The position numbers and the translations under genes are program-made. The notes below the pieces were generated by a model. It was not told the origin of the DNA, made no database searches, and saw only the letters and a list, made by a program, of their open reading frames with translations. From assembly GCA_965116885.1 (NCBI GenBank), contig OZ220741.1:448001-512000 (forward strand): 64,000 nucleotides of DNA, read 5' to 3'. The stretch comes from Candidatus Latescibacterota bacterium (GTDB lineage Bacteria > Latescibacterota > UBA2968). Of the stretch, positions 1-9,910 are shown piece after piece (the stretch's first letter is position 1; each line of letters starts with the position of its first letter).

Positions 1-1313
1 TGCGCTCCCAGCGCAGCGGGCAAACCAAAACCCATCGCTCCCAAACCGCCCGACGTAAGCCAACGGCGCGGCTCATCAAAAGGATAAAATTGTGCCGCCC
101 ACATCTGATGTTGTCCCACCCCTGTAGATATAATGGCCTTCCCGTCTGTCATCTTATACAGCATCTCAATCGCATACTGGGGCAAAATAACATCTTCCAC
201 ATCCTTGTAATTGAAGGGATATTTCTCTCGCCACGTTTCAATCTCATCACACCAGACCTGATAATCGCCCGGCACAACAACACTATTCAGCTCTTGCAGG
301 GCATATTTGATATCGCTCACAATCGGCAAATGAGCAACCTTGTTTTTATTAATCTCAGAAGGATCAATATCTATATGCACAATGCGACCGTGTTTGCAAA
401 ACTCTTCGAGCTTACCCGTCACCCGATCATCAAAACGCACCCCAAATGCCAGCAACAAATCGGCGTGATTGATGGCGTAATTGGCGTAAACCGACCCGTG
501 CATGCCCAGCATCTGCAAAGACTGGGGATCTGTTTGCGGAAAAACCCCCAGCCCCATCAACGTCTGCGCCACGGGAATACGTGTTTTCCGAGCAAACTCG
601 CGAAGCTCTTCCGACGCATCTGCAGTCACAATCCCTCCACCTGCATAAATGAGCGGGCGTTTGGATTCTAAAATCGCCTGCGCAACCTCTTGAATTTGCG
701 CACGGCTGGCGTGCAAATGATTGGGGGTATAGCTGCGAATAGAAACCGTCTCGGGAAAATCGGGCACACAAACACTTTGCTGCACATTTTTGGGAATATC
801 GACCAGCACAGGACCGGGCCGCCCAGACGAGGCAATAAAAAACGCCTCTTTGACAACGCGGGGAATATCTTCAATGCGATCCACGAGATAATTGTGCTTC
901 GTAATCTGCCGCGTAACCTCAATAATCGGAGTCTCTTGAAAAGCATCGCGACCAATAACAGCAGTGGGGACCTGCCCCGTGATGGCAACAAGTGGCACAG
1001 AGTCCATTTTGGCATCGGCCAGCCCCGTGACCAGATTGGTAGCACCTGGTCCAGACGTTGCCATACACACCCCAACTTTGCCCGAGGCTTTGGCATATCC
1101 CTCAGCAGCGAAAATTTCGCCCTGTTCGTGCCGGCACAATACAACCTGGATATTGGAACGCGTGAGGGACTGGTGCATTTCCATACTGGCCCCTCCGGGA
1201 TAGCCAAAAAGAACTTCGACCCCCTCGCGGATGAGACTTTCAACCAGAATATCGGCACCGCTCATTTCGCCAGGAGTGGAACCAGATGCCAGAGTCTGGG
1301 GATTGCTCGCCAT
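1..1313 (-). CDS. ilvB: Acetolactate synthase large subunit, biosynthetic type (3' end runs off the window)
   Basis: Not in the ORF track. Manual translation from ATG at 1313 (AGGAG RBS upstream) gives [48 protein letters not shown]...[15 protein letters not shown]...SGPGATN, and near base 1 ...[13 protein letters not shown]...[20 protein letters not shown]. Confidence 0.95.
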   Translation of the reverse strand, partial: MASNPQTLASGSTPGEMSGADILVESLIREGVEVLFGYPGGASMEMHQSLTRSNIQVVLCRHEQGEIFAAEGYAKASGKVGVCMATSGPGATNLVTGLADAKMDSVPLVAITGQVPTAVIGRDAFQETPIIEVTRQITKHNYLVDRIEDIPRVVKEAFFIASSGRPGPVLVDIPKNVQQSVCVPDFPETVSIRSYTPNHLHASRAQIQEVAQAILESKRPLIYAGGGIVTADASEELREFARKTRIPVAQTLMGLGVFPQTDPQSLQMLGMHGSVYANYAINHADLLLAFGVRFDDRVTGKLEEFCKHGRIVHIDIDPSEINKNKVAHLPIVSDIKYALQELNSVVVPGDYQVWCDEIETWREKYPFNYKDVEDVILPQYAIEMLYKMTDGKAIISTGVGQHQMWAAQFYPFDEPRRWLTSGGLGAMGFGLPAALGA

Positions 1314-1367
1314 TGCAAAAATCTCCTTGATATAGGAGCACACCTGCGCGTGCGTCCTTTGTCAGAC

Positions 1368-1439
1368 AAAAAAAAACCGCCATTGCATTGTAGCGATGAC
1401 GGGACAAGATGTTTTTTCGATACGATCATCAATCCCATC
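1368..1439 (-). terminator. ilvB attenuator: terminator and overlapping antiterminator
   Basis: Minus strand CCGTCATCGC-TACAAT-GCAATGGCGG followed by T9 (1402-1368). GATGGGATTGATG (1439-1427) can pair with CATCTTGTCCCGTC (1411-1398), which overlaps the terminator 5' arm. Confidence 0.85.
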
Positions 1440-1440
1440 A

Positions 1441-1521
1441 TCACATGGGTACAAGTACTACAACACGGCCTACAACAGCCGTTGTAATTGCAATGTGGGA
1501 TGTGGTGATCTGATGTGTCAT
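1441..1521 (-). CDS. ilv attenuator leader peptide (26 aa)
   Basis: MTHQITTSHIAITTAVVGRVVVLVPM*, with 6 Val, 3 Ile, 1 Leu and 5 Thr. The stop codon abuts the antiterminator. Confidence 0.85.
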   Translation of the reverse strand: MTHQITTSHIAITTAVVGRVVVLVPM

Positions 1522-1551
1522 AACTCTGCACTCTCTTTCGGTGAGGAAAAA

Positions 1552-1580
1552 AAGATACAGGCTTAGTCCAGTTCTGTCAA
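1552..1580 (-). promoter_or_regulatory. Sigma70-type promoter of the ilv leader
   Basis: TTGACA-17 bp-TATCTT on the minus strand. Confidence 0.65.
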
Positions 1581-1598
1581 GAAAACTCGTCAAAAGCA

Positions 1599-1657
1599 GG
1601 GCGAGGCAGGCCTCGCCCCTACATGGCATTGGCGGGCGAAAAATTTTTCGCCCCTAC
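1599..1657. repeat. Two GTAG-type REP palindromes
   Basis: gggcgaggcaggcctcgcccctac and gggcgaaaaatttttcgcccctac. A near-identical pair occurs at 38583-38653. Confidence 0.8.
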
Positions 1658-1660
1658 ATA

Positions 1661-2425
1661 TCACGTATCTTCCATCGTATTAATCCGGTCTCGCAGTTCG
1701 GCAGCGCGTTCAAACTCCTCGTTGTCAATTGCTTCCAGCAATTCTTTTTGCAGACGTTCAGATTCCGTGAGGGGGCGCTGTTGCTCAAGCTCGTTGAGCA
1801 ATTCGTTCAGAGATTCAATAGAGCGTTTTTTTTCAACGGCAAATTCTTCTGCTTCTACTTCTTCCAGATTTTCGATCTTGTCGAGCACATCGCGGATAAT
1901 GCGCATGCCCTCCGTAAAATTGTTCTTTTGCGATTCAATCATCACGCGCGCAATCGCGTGGATTCGCAAAACATAAGGCCACCATTTTTCGAGATTGAGA
2001 CGATCGTTTTCCGCAGCAGCGTATTGGTTGACAAAACGAAACAGCCTCATGTTGCGCTCTGTATCTCGAATAACGCGGTCATAATCTCGTATTTGAAGTA
2101 AAAAAACATACCGCTCGTAGAGCAGTCGGCTTTCATCAAAAAGCTCACGACAGTGCGCCTTTTTCAGTGAAAAACCATCTGATGTACCGTGTTCTTCAAT
2201 GAAATGATGAAGCCTATCAGTAAAATGATCCAGCACAAACACACTACTGTGCGGTTTGCGCCCATCGGGACGCCCGTCGAGCTCCATCTGTAGAATGCCT
2301 TGAAATGGACCCTGATCTATGCGCACCTGAATTTTTTCAACACCTTTGGACGAGAAAATTTTGCGAATGCTGTTTTTGGGATCATAGGGCCAGTGCTTCA
2401 GCAAAGGGCCAATATCTTCGGTCAT
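1661..2425 (-). CDS. UvrB/UvrC (UVR) motif-containing protein
   Basis: 254 aa, C-terminal LQKELLEAIDNEEFERAAELRDRI UVR motif, N-terminal LQMELDGRPDGRKP. Confidence 0.8.
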   Translation of the reverse strand: MTEDIGPLLKHWPYDPKNSIRKIFSSKGVEKIQVRIDQGPFQGILQMELDGRPDGRKPHSSVFVLDHFTDRLHHFIEEHGTSDGFSLKKAHCRELFDESRLLYERYVFLLQIRDYDRVIRDTERNMRLFRFVNQYAAAENDRLNLEKWWPYVLRIHAIARVMIESQKNNFTEGMRIIRDVLDKIENLEEVEAEEFAVEKKRSIESLNELLNELEQQRPLTESERLQKELLEAIDNEEFERAAELRDRINTMEDT

Positions 2426-2575
2426 GGCAAGTTCCCCTGATGTGTGGGAGAGACCTCTCTTGAACTGCTAATACCCGAACCTGTTGTGCCATAGGTTTCA
2501 ATCTAATTGCATTTGATGGCAGACGCAAGTATCATGTAAGGCGGGTAAGAAGTAAGATGTGAGAAAGGAAAAAAA

Positions 2576-3907
2576 ATGGGAACAGAAAAAAACACAGGAT
2601 CAATCGCAGAGTTTTTCAAATTTAACGCGCAAAACACAGATTGGCGCGCTGAAACAACAGGTGGTATAACGACATTTGTGACAATGGCTTATATCGTAGC
2701 CGTAAACCCGGGCATCTTGTCCGACGCATTGGGCAAAGATTTATTTCCCGAACTGCTATTCGCAACATGTGCTGCTGCAGCCATCGCAACAATACTTATG
2801 GGACTTCTGGCAAATTATCCCTTTGCCCTGGCGCCGGGCATGGGCCTCAATGCGTTTTTTACCTACACAATTGTACTGGGTATGGGCGTACATTGGAAAT
2901 TGGCCCTGGGCGTAGTCCTCGCCTCCGGACTCTTGTTTTTATTATTAACTGTATTGCGCGTGCGCGAGGCCATTATCACAGCAGTGCCCCAACCTCTCAA
3001 GCTCGCCGCTGCCGCGGGCATTGGACTATTCATTGCATTCATCGGATTTAAGAATGCGGGTTTTATTGTCGATGATCAGGCCACGTTGATCAGCCTGGGC
3101 AATGTACGCACGGGACCTGTTGGATTGGCACTGGTGGGACTTTGGGGCACGGCCATCATGCTGGCGCGCGGCATCCGCGGTGCAATTTTACTCGGCGTAC
3201 TCGGCGTCACCTTATTATCCATGATCACGGAACTCACGCCCTGGCCAACAGGTATCATAAGCCTGCCTGTCTGGCCCACCCATCTCTTTGGAGAAGCCAT
3301 CTATCATCTGCCCCTCGCATTTCACACCGCAGTAATAGAACTCGTCTTTGCATTTCTCTTTGTCGATCTATTTGATACCATGGGCACGCTGGTGGGATTA
3401 TCCGAACGCGTGGGATACCTGGATAAGCGAGGACAATTGCCGCGCGCCAACAAAGCACTGCTATCAGACTCTATTGGAACCGTATGCGGCAGCGTATTGG
3501 GCACCTCAACAGTAACGACCTATATCGAAAGCGCCGCTGGCATATCTTCGGGCGCACGCACGGGCTTTGCCAGCCTGGTAACCGGCGGCCTATTCATCTG
3601 CGCCTTATTTTTCACACCTCTGGTACAGGCCATACCGTCCTTTGCCACAGCACCCGCGCTCATCGTCGTAGGCGTCATGATGATGGCCCCGGCTGCTCGC
3701 ATTGCCTGGGATGATATGTCGGACGCCGTACCCGCTTTTTTAACACTGATAGCCATTCCCTTAACATTCAGCATTGCCGATGGATTAGCACTCGGATTTA
3801 TAGCCTATCCCATAATCAAAAGATTGAGCAAAAAAGGCTCCGAAGTACATTTTTTTATAGATGTATTGGCCATCACATTTATTCTCAAATATGTCTTTAT
3901 GGCGTGA
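2576..3907 (+). CDS. NCS2/AzgA-family nucleobase (purine) permease
   Basis: GGITTFVTMAYIVAVNP, LAPGMGLNAFF, TTYIESAAG..GARTG, many TM segments. Confidence 0.92.
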   Translation: MGTEKNTGSIAEFFKFNAQNTDWRAETTGGITTFVTMAYIVAVNPGILSDALGKDLFPELLFATCAAAAIATILMGLLANYPFALAPGMGLNAFFTYTIVLGMGVHWKLALGVVLASGLLFLLLTVLRVREAIITAVPQPLKLAAAAGIGLFIAFIGFKNAGFIVDDQATLISLGNVRTGPVGLALVGLWGTAIMLARGIRGAILLGVLGVTLLSMITELTPWPTGIISLPVWPTHLFGEAIYHLPLAFHTAVIELVFAFLFVDLFDTMGTLVGLSERVGYLDKRGQLPRANKALLSDSIGTVCGSVLGTSTVTTYIESAAGISSGARTGFASLVTGGLFICALFFTPLVQAIPSFATAPALIVVGVMMMAPAARIAWDDMSDAVPAFLTLIAIPLTFSIADGLALGFIAYPIIKRLSKKGSEVHFFIDVLAITFILKYVFMA

Positions 3908-4019
3908 GAGGCGGGGTTCTGATCGCTGCTTTTGTTCGTGACATTTGTATTTTTTTTCTCTATTATTTCAAAATAATTGTGGTAGCTATTAAAAGCTAAA
4001 AAAACATTAGGGAGGCGTT

Positions 4020-6878
4020 ATGCGTACATCGTGGATCATTTTTCTCTTACTATGGAGTACTTGCTCGGTCGTAGCTCAGGATCTCGGTAGCTTGGCTGGA
4101 AAAGTGGAAGATGAAACGGGAGAAGCATTATTCGCGGCCAATATCACAGTCAAAGGACCGGCTATTGAAGGCGTAAGAGGCGCAATCACCAACGACCAGG
4201 GGAACTATCGCATCGACCGCTTGCCACCGGGCATTTACGAAATCACCATCAGTTATATCGGATATGAAACCCTGGTGGCAACCGGCGTAGAAATCCGCGC
4301 TGGCGAAAGCATGACGCGAGATTTCAAACTGACCGCCGTAGCCCTCATCGGTCAACAAGTGGTCGTATCAGCATCGCGCAAACAGGAAAAAGCCCTGGAC
4401 GCACCCGCTTCAATAGCAACGATCGAAGCAGCCGAAATCAGAGATCGGGGGGTCTTGTCGCCAAGTGAGCATATCAAAGCCCTGCCCGGTGTTGACTTTT
4501 CCAAAACGGGCATCTCACAAAGCAACGTGGTGGTTCGCGGATTCAACAATGTATTTTCCGGTGCATTGCTCACACTTGTTGACAACCGCATTGCCCGCGT
4601 CCCTTCCCTGCGTTTCAATGCCTTTGATATGATCCCCGTTACCGGTGAAGACATTGAGCGCATTGAAGTGGTTTTGGGACCCGGATCCGCGCTTTACGGT
4701 CCCAACACCTCCAGTGGCGTGATGCACATTATCACCCGCTCCCCATTTGAATCAGAAGGCAATGCAATTTCCATATCTGGCGGCCAGCGCAGTGTGCGAA
4801 AATTATCACTGCGGCACGCCAGCAGCCTCAACGACAAAATTGGGATCAAAATTTCGGTTGGGCAAAGTTCAGCCCATGACTGGGAGTACATCGATCCCCT
4901 GGAAGTAGAAACGCGCGGTTTTAATCCACGCGATTACAACTCGAAAAAGACATTGGGAGAACTGAGACTCGATTTTCGACCAACAGATGACCTGACGATC
5001 ATAGGATCAACGGGTTATACAAAAACAAGCGGTATTGAATTGACGGGTTTGGGCGCGGGTCAGGCAAAAGACTGGACCTATAATTTTTATCAAGGTCGCC
5101 TGCTATATCGCGAGTGGTTCGCACAAATTTTCTACAACGCGAGTAATGCAGGTCAAACGAGAATGATCGCAGCCGACGACCCAATTGTGGATAATTCATA
5201 TTTGATGGTCATGCAATTGCAACACAATGCCAGCCTGGGAGAAAAACAACACTTTGCTTATGGTGCTGATGTACTGCTCACCCGACCCAAAACAGGGGGC
5301 ACCATAAATGGCATGCACGAAGACATTGATAACATCGATGAATACGGGATCTATTTGCAAAGTGAAACCAGCCTGAGCGATCAAATCGAGATGGTCTTGG
5401 CCGGACGCATCGACAAACACAGCCATATCGAAGACCCGTTTTTCTCACCCCGCGCGGCACTGGTCATCAAACCCAGACCGCTCAACACCCTGCGCTTGAC
5501 GTATAACCGCGCATTTAGCACGCCTTCGACCACCAACTTATTTTTAGACCGGATCGGCGTCCCCGACCCCTTTGGGTTCGGCGCATTGCAACCGTCATTG
5601 GGATTTAATCCAGCAATTGACGTTCGCGCACAGGGCACCGCCGGTACCGGGTTCACATTTCGCAGAGACGGCAATGGACTGCCCATGTATCGGACGCCCT
5701 TTGCGCCCATAGCGGGATTGTCAAAAGAACACTACTTCGCTCTGCACGATCCGCAAGGCACCAATTTGATGTGGGGCGCTGCCAGATCAATAATAATGGG
5801 TATCCTCCTGGCCGAATTGGAACCTCTCGCAACAGGGCTTTTCGTAGATCGGCTTGGACTACCACAAGATCAAGCGGCTGCGGTAGCCGCACAACTGGTT
5901 GCAGACTTCCCCGGGATTATCCCAGAACAACTGCCGGGTTTGCAAAATACGGCCGGGACACTGAATACGGCAACGGCGAGTTTTGATCCCGTGCCCAGCC
6001 TCGCCAATGCAGTGGCAGACATAAACAAAATCGAATCGACCATCTCAGAAACCTTTGAAGTGGGATACAAAGGCGTCATCAACAACAAACTCATTCTCGC
6101 AGCCGATGTCTATCTAAGCAGAAAAAGAAATTTCACCAGCCCGTTGCGGATTGTAACACCCAGTGTATTTCTCGCAGCCGGTCCCATGAGCGAAGCTCTG
6201 GAAAACGGAATTACCGAGAACTTGAAAGACCCGGCCAATGCAAGTCTCGCAATTGCCATCGGTCTTTTAGATCAACTCAACCTGCCGGATCTGGGCCTAA
6301 TTGGCAATGGCAATGGCACAGGCATAGATGAATTGACGCAGTTATTTGTATCCAACGCCGCGGGGATTCCCTTTGGCACCATGTCTGCCGAACAGGCATC
6401 GGACCCCACTGCGGTGATGGTCGCATATCGCAATTTTGGTCGCATAACGCTCTACGGTGCCGACCTATCTTTTGCGTATTATCCAAACGAAATATGGACT
6501 TTTACGGGCAATTACTCCTATGTCAGCGATGATTGGTTCCCCAATTTAGACAACATCGGCGACATAGCCCTCAATGCCCCCCGGCACAAATTTAACATCG
6601 GTATCGATTGCCAACTGCCCAATACACCGCTCACCATCCGCGGGAAATTGAGCTATCGCGATGGTTTTCCCATGCAATCGGGTGTATATGTCGGCGATGT
6701 AGATGCTTATACTGTTTTGGACCTGAGTACCTCATATCAGTTGCCTATTTCACATGATCGCTTCAAGATCACCTGGAATGTGGAAGCCAGCAACGTGTTA
6801 AACCAGGAATATCGATCATTTATCGGTGCGCCATTTATTGGACGCCTGGTCTTAACGGGCCTGAATATTCGATTCTAA
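4020..6878 (+). CDS. TonB-dependent receptor with N-terminal carboxypeptidase-regulatory-like domain (paralog 1)
   Basis: Signal peptide, VVVSASR TonB box, plug motif IERIEVVLGPGSALYG, C-terminal Phe. Confidence 0.92.
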   Translation: MRTSWIIFLLLWSTCSVVAQDLGSLAGKVEDETGEALFAANITVKGPAIEGVRGAITNDQGNYRIDRLPPGIYEITISYIGYETLVATGVEIRAGESMTRDFKLTAVALIGQQVVVSASRKQEKALDAPASIATIEAAEIRDRGVLSPSEHIKALPGVDFSKTGISQSNVVVRGFNNVFSGALLTLVDNRIARVPSLRFNAFDMIPVTGEDIERIEVVLGPGSALYGPNTSSGVMHIITRSPFESEGNAISISGGQRSVRKLSLRHASSLNDKIGIKISVGQSSAHDWEYIDPLEVETRGFNPRDYNSKKTLGELRLDFRPTDDLTIIGSTGYTKTSGIELTGLGAGQAKDWTYNFYQGRLLYREWFAQIFYNASNAGQTRMIAADDPIVDNSYLMVMQLQHNASLGEKQHFAYGADVLLTRPKTGGTINGMHEDIDNIDEYGIYLQSETSLSDQIEMVLAGRIDKHSHIEDPFFSPRAALVIKPRPLNTLRLTYNRAFSTPSTTNLFLDRIGVPDPFGFGALQPSLGFNPAIDVRAQGTAGTGFTFRRDGNGLPMYRTPFAPIAGLSKEHYFALHDPQGTNLMWGAARSIIMGILLAELEPLATGLFVDRLGLPQDQAAAVAAQLVADFPGIIPEQLPGLQNTAGTLNTATASFDPVPSLANAVADINKIESTISETFEVGYKGVINNKLILAADVYLSRKRNFTSPLRIVTPSVFLAAGPMSEALENGITENLKDPANASLAIAIGLLDQLNLPDLGLIGNGNGTGIDELTQLFVSNAAGIPFGTMSAEQASDPTAVMVAYRNFGRITLYGADLSFAYYPNEIWTFTGNYSYVSDDWFPNLDNIGDIALNAPRHKFNIGIDCQLPNTPLTIRGKLSYRDGFPMQSGVYVGDVDAYTVLDLSTSYQLPISHDRFKITWNVEASNVLNQEYRSFIGAPFIGRLVLTGLNIRF

Positions 6879-6922
6879 AAGCTTTCCCAAAAAATCCGAA
6901 TTATTGCGATAAGGAGGATTTG

Positions 6923-9784
6923 ATGCGCGTATTATATATCCTTGCTTTCGTACTGTGGAATGCTTACTCGGTCATAGCTCAGGATTTCGGCAGCTTGACT
7001 GGAAAAGTGAAAACAGAGGACGGAGTAATTTTATTCGGTGCCAATATCATAGTCAAAGGACCGGCCATTGAAGGCATCCGGGGCGCAATCACCAACGACC
7101 AGGGAAACTATCGCATAGACCGCTTGCCACCGGGCATTTACGAAATCACCATCAGTTATATCGGATATGAAACGGTGGTTGTATCGAATGTAGAAATCCG
7201 CGCTGGCGAAAGTATGACGCGAGATTTCAAACTGACCGCTGTAACCCTCATTGGTCAACAAGTCGTGGTATCGGCATCGCGCAAACAGGAAAAAGCCCTG
7301 GACGCGCCCGCCTCAATTGCAACAGTCGATGCATCTGAAATCAGAAATCGAGAAGTCTTGACAATGAGTGAATATGTCAAGACTCTGCCCGGCGTTGACT
7401 ATGCTCAAACAGGCATATCGCAAGGCAGCATGGTCGTTCGCGGATTCAACAAAGTATTTTCTGGCGCACTGCTCACACTCGTTGACAATCGCATTGCCCG
7501 CATCCCATCCCTGCGCCTCAATGCTTATGATTTGATCCCCCTTACCAGTGACGACATTGAGCGCATCGAAATCGTTCTGGGACCCGGATCCGCGCTTTAC
7601 GGTCCCAACAGTGCCAATGGCGTGATGCACATTATCACCCGATCCCCGTTTGGATCAGAAGGCAATACAATTTCTATATCTGGCGGCCAGCGCAGTGTGC
7701 GAAAATTATCGCTGCGGCACGCCAGCAGCCTCAACAACAAGATCGGGATCAAAATTTCAGGTGGATATGTTGCAACCCATGACTGGGAATATGTCGATTC
7801 CCTGGAAGTGGAAGCACGCGGATTTAATCCACGCGATTATAGCACAGAAAGGACAAGTGGGGAGTTCAGACTCGATTTTCGACCAACAGACGACCTGACG
7901 CTGATAGGGTCGGTGGGCTATTCAAAAATGAGCGGCCTTCAACAGACGGATTTGGGTGCGGGCCAGGCGAAAGACTGGATCTATAATTTTTATCAAGGCC
8001 GCCTGCTCTATCGCGGGTGGTTCGCACAAGTCTTCTACAACACCAGTAATGCGGGCGAAACGGAACTGATCACAGCCGGCGACCCAATTGTAGATAATTC
8101 ACATTTAATAGTCTTGCAACTGCAACACAATGCCAGTTTGGGAGAGAAACAACACTTTGCTTATGGTGCTGACGTGCTGCTCACCCGGCCCAAAACACAG
8201 GGCACAGTACACGGCATGCATGAAAACAATGACGATATCGATGAATACGGGATCTATCTACAAAGCGAAACCAACCTGAGCGATCAAATCAATCTGATAC
8301 TGGCCGGACGCATCGACAAACACAGCCATATCGAAGATCTGTTTTTTTCTCCTCGCGCGGCACTGGTCATCAAACCTACGCCGGAAAACACCCTGCGATT
8401 GACATATAACCGCGCATTTAGCACGCCCTCAACCCCCGACTTGTTTGTAGATCGAGTCGGCGTTCCCGACGTCTTTATGCTGGGGACAAATTTCAGTCCG
8501 GTATTGGGATTTAGTCCAGCAATTGACCTTCGCGCACAGGGCACCGCCGGTACCGGATTCACATTTCGCAGAGACGACAATGGGCTCCCCATGTTTCGGA
8601 CGGCTTTCGCGCCCATAGCGGGCTTGTCAAAAGATCACTACTTCTCTATGCACGACCCCCAGGCCACCAATTTGATGTGGCGCGCTGCCAGAGAGGCAAT
8701 ACTGGACGGCTTTCTATCTGAACTGGAACCTCTCGCAACGGAGCTTATCGCAGGCGGGCTTGGGCTACCACCAGATCAAGCGGTTGCGCTGGTCGAAAAA
8801 CTCGTCGAGATCTTTCCCGGAACTATCCCAGAACAACTGCCGGGCTTGCAAAATACGGCTGCGACACTGAATGCAGAAACGCAGGGTTTCGATCCCATAC
8901 CCGACCTCGCCAATGCAGTGACAGACATAGAAAAACTCGGCCCCACCATCACAGAAACCTTTGAATTGGGATACAAAGGCGTCATCAAAAACAAACTGAT
9001 CCTGGCAGCCGATGTCTATCAAACCAGAATCAAAAATTTCGTCAGCCCGTTGCGGATTGAAACGCCCAACGTATTTCTCGCACCCGGTCCCTTAAGCGAA
9101 GCCCTGACAGACGCGCTTACCGAGAACCTGAAAGACCCTGCCAATGCAAGCCTCGCAATTGCCCTTATTTTTTTAGACCAACTCAACGAGCCAGAGTTGG
9201 GTTTGGTTGGCAATGGCAATGGAACAGGCGTGGATGAATTGACGGCGTTATTCGTAGCCAACGCAGCGCTGATCCCATTTGGTACCATAGTGCCCGAACA
9301 GGCGGCAGACCCCAATGCAGTGATCGTCGCACCCCGCAACTTTGGCAACATAACGCTCTACGGTGCTGACCTATCATTTGCTTATTATCTAAACGAAATA
9401 TGGGCTTTTACCGGCAATTATTCCTACGTCAGCAAGGACTTGTTCCCCAATTTAGACAACATCGGCGACATTGCCCTCAATGCTCCCCGGCACAAATTTA
9501 ACATCGGAGTCGATTGCCAACTGCCCAATATACCGCTCACGATCCGAGGAAAATTGCGCTACCGTGACGGCTTTCCAATGCAATCGGGTATATATGTCGG
9601 CGATGTAGATGCCCATACGGTTCTGGACTTGAATCTCACCTATCAATTGCCACTTTCAAATGATCGCTTCACCACCACCTTGAGTTTGGATGCCAGCAAT
9701 TTGCTAAACCAGGGATATCAATCACTTGTCGGTGCGCCCTGGATCGGACGCCTGATTACAAGCAGCTTGCATGTTCGATTCTAA
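6923..9784 (+). CDS. TonB-dependent receptor (paralog 2, tandem duplicate)
   Basis: Colinear and highly similar to 4020-6878, AAGGAGG RBS, C-terminal Phe. Confidence 0.92.
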   Translation: MRVLYILAFVLWNAYSVIAQDFGSLTGKVKTEDGVILFGANIIVKGPAIEGIRGAITNDQGNYRIDRLPPGIYEITISYIGYETVVVSNVEIRAGESMTRDFKLTAVTLIGQQVVVSASRKQEKALDAPASIATVDASEIRNREVLTMSEYVKTLPGVDYAQTGISQGSMVVRGFNKVFSGALLTLVDNRIARIPSLRLNAYDLIPLTSDDIERIEIVLGPGSALYGPNSANGVMHIITRSPFGSEGNTISISGGQRSVRKLSLRHASSLNNKIGIKISGGYVATHDWEYVDSLEVEARGFNPRDYSTERTSGEFRLDFRPTDDLTLIGSVGYSKMSGLQQTDLGAGQAKDWIYNFYQGRLLYRGWFAQVFYNTSNAGETELITAGDPIVDNSHLIVLQLQHNASLGEKQHFAYGADVLLTRPKTQGTVHGMHENNDDIDEYGIYLQSETNLSDQINLILAGRIDKHSHIEDLFFSPRAALVIKPTPENTLRLTYNRAFSTPSTPDLFVDRVGVPDVFMLGTNFSPVLGFSPAIDLRAQGTAGTGFTFRRDDNGLPMFRTAFAPIAGLSKDHYFSMHDPQATNLMWRAAREAILDGFLSELEPLATELIAGGLGLPPDQAVALVEKLVEIFPGTIPEQLPGLQNTAATLNAETQGFDPIPDLANAVTDIEKLGPTITETFELGYKGVIKNKLILAADVYQTRIKNFVSPLRIETPNVFLAPGPLSEALTDALTENLKDPANASLAIALIFLDQLNEPELGLVGNGNGTGVDELTALFVANAALIPFGTIVPEQAADPNAVIVAPRNFGNITLYGADLSFAYYLNEIWAFTGNYSYVSKDLFPNLDNIGDIALNAPRHKFNIGVDCQLPNIPLTIRGKLRYRDGFPMQSGIYVGDVDAHTVLDLNLTYQLPLSNDRFTTTLSLDASNLLNQGYQSLVGAPWIGRLITSSLHVRF

Positions 9785-9796
9785 CGCTGGTGGAAA

Positions 9797-9833
9797 AGAT
9801 GCTTCGGCTCCGTTCCACTCCGCTCAGCATGAC
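9797..9833 (-). repeat. GTCA-type REP-like element
   Basis: Minus strand GTCATGCTGAGCGGAGTGGAACGGAGCCGAAGCATCT resembles the GTCAT.CTGAGC..GAAG.ATCT repeat class. Single copy in this window. Confidence 0.5.
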
Positions 9834-9865
9834 AAAACGCCTGACATGCGTAACATCAAAAATGA

Positions 9866-9898
9866 AAAAATCCGAATCGCAATGATTCGGATTTTTTT
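9866..9898. terminator. Bidirectional intrinsic terminator
   Basis: aaaaatccgaatc-gcaat-gattcggattttttt between convergent genes. Confidence 0.8.
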
Positions 9899-9910
9899 AT
9901 TCTCAGCGAT

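Noticed and set aside
2426..2575. Purine riboswitch upstream of the NCS2 permease
   Set aside because: No purine aptamer consensus is visible.
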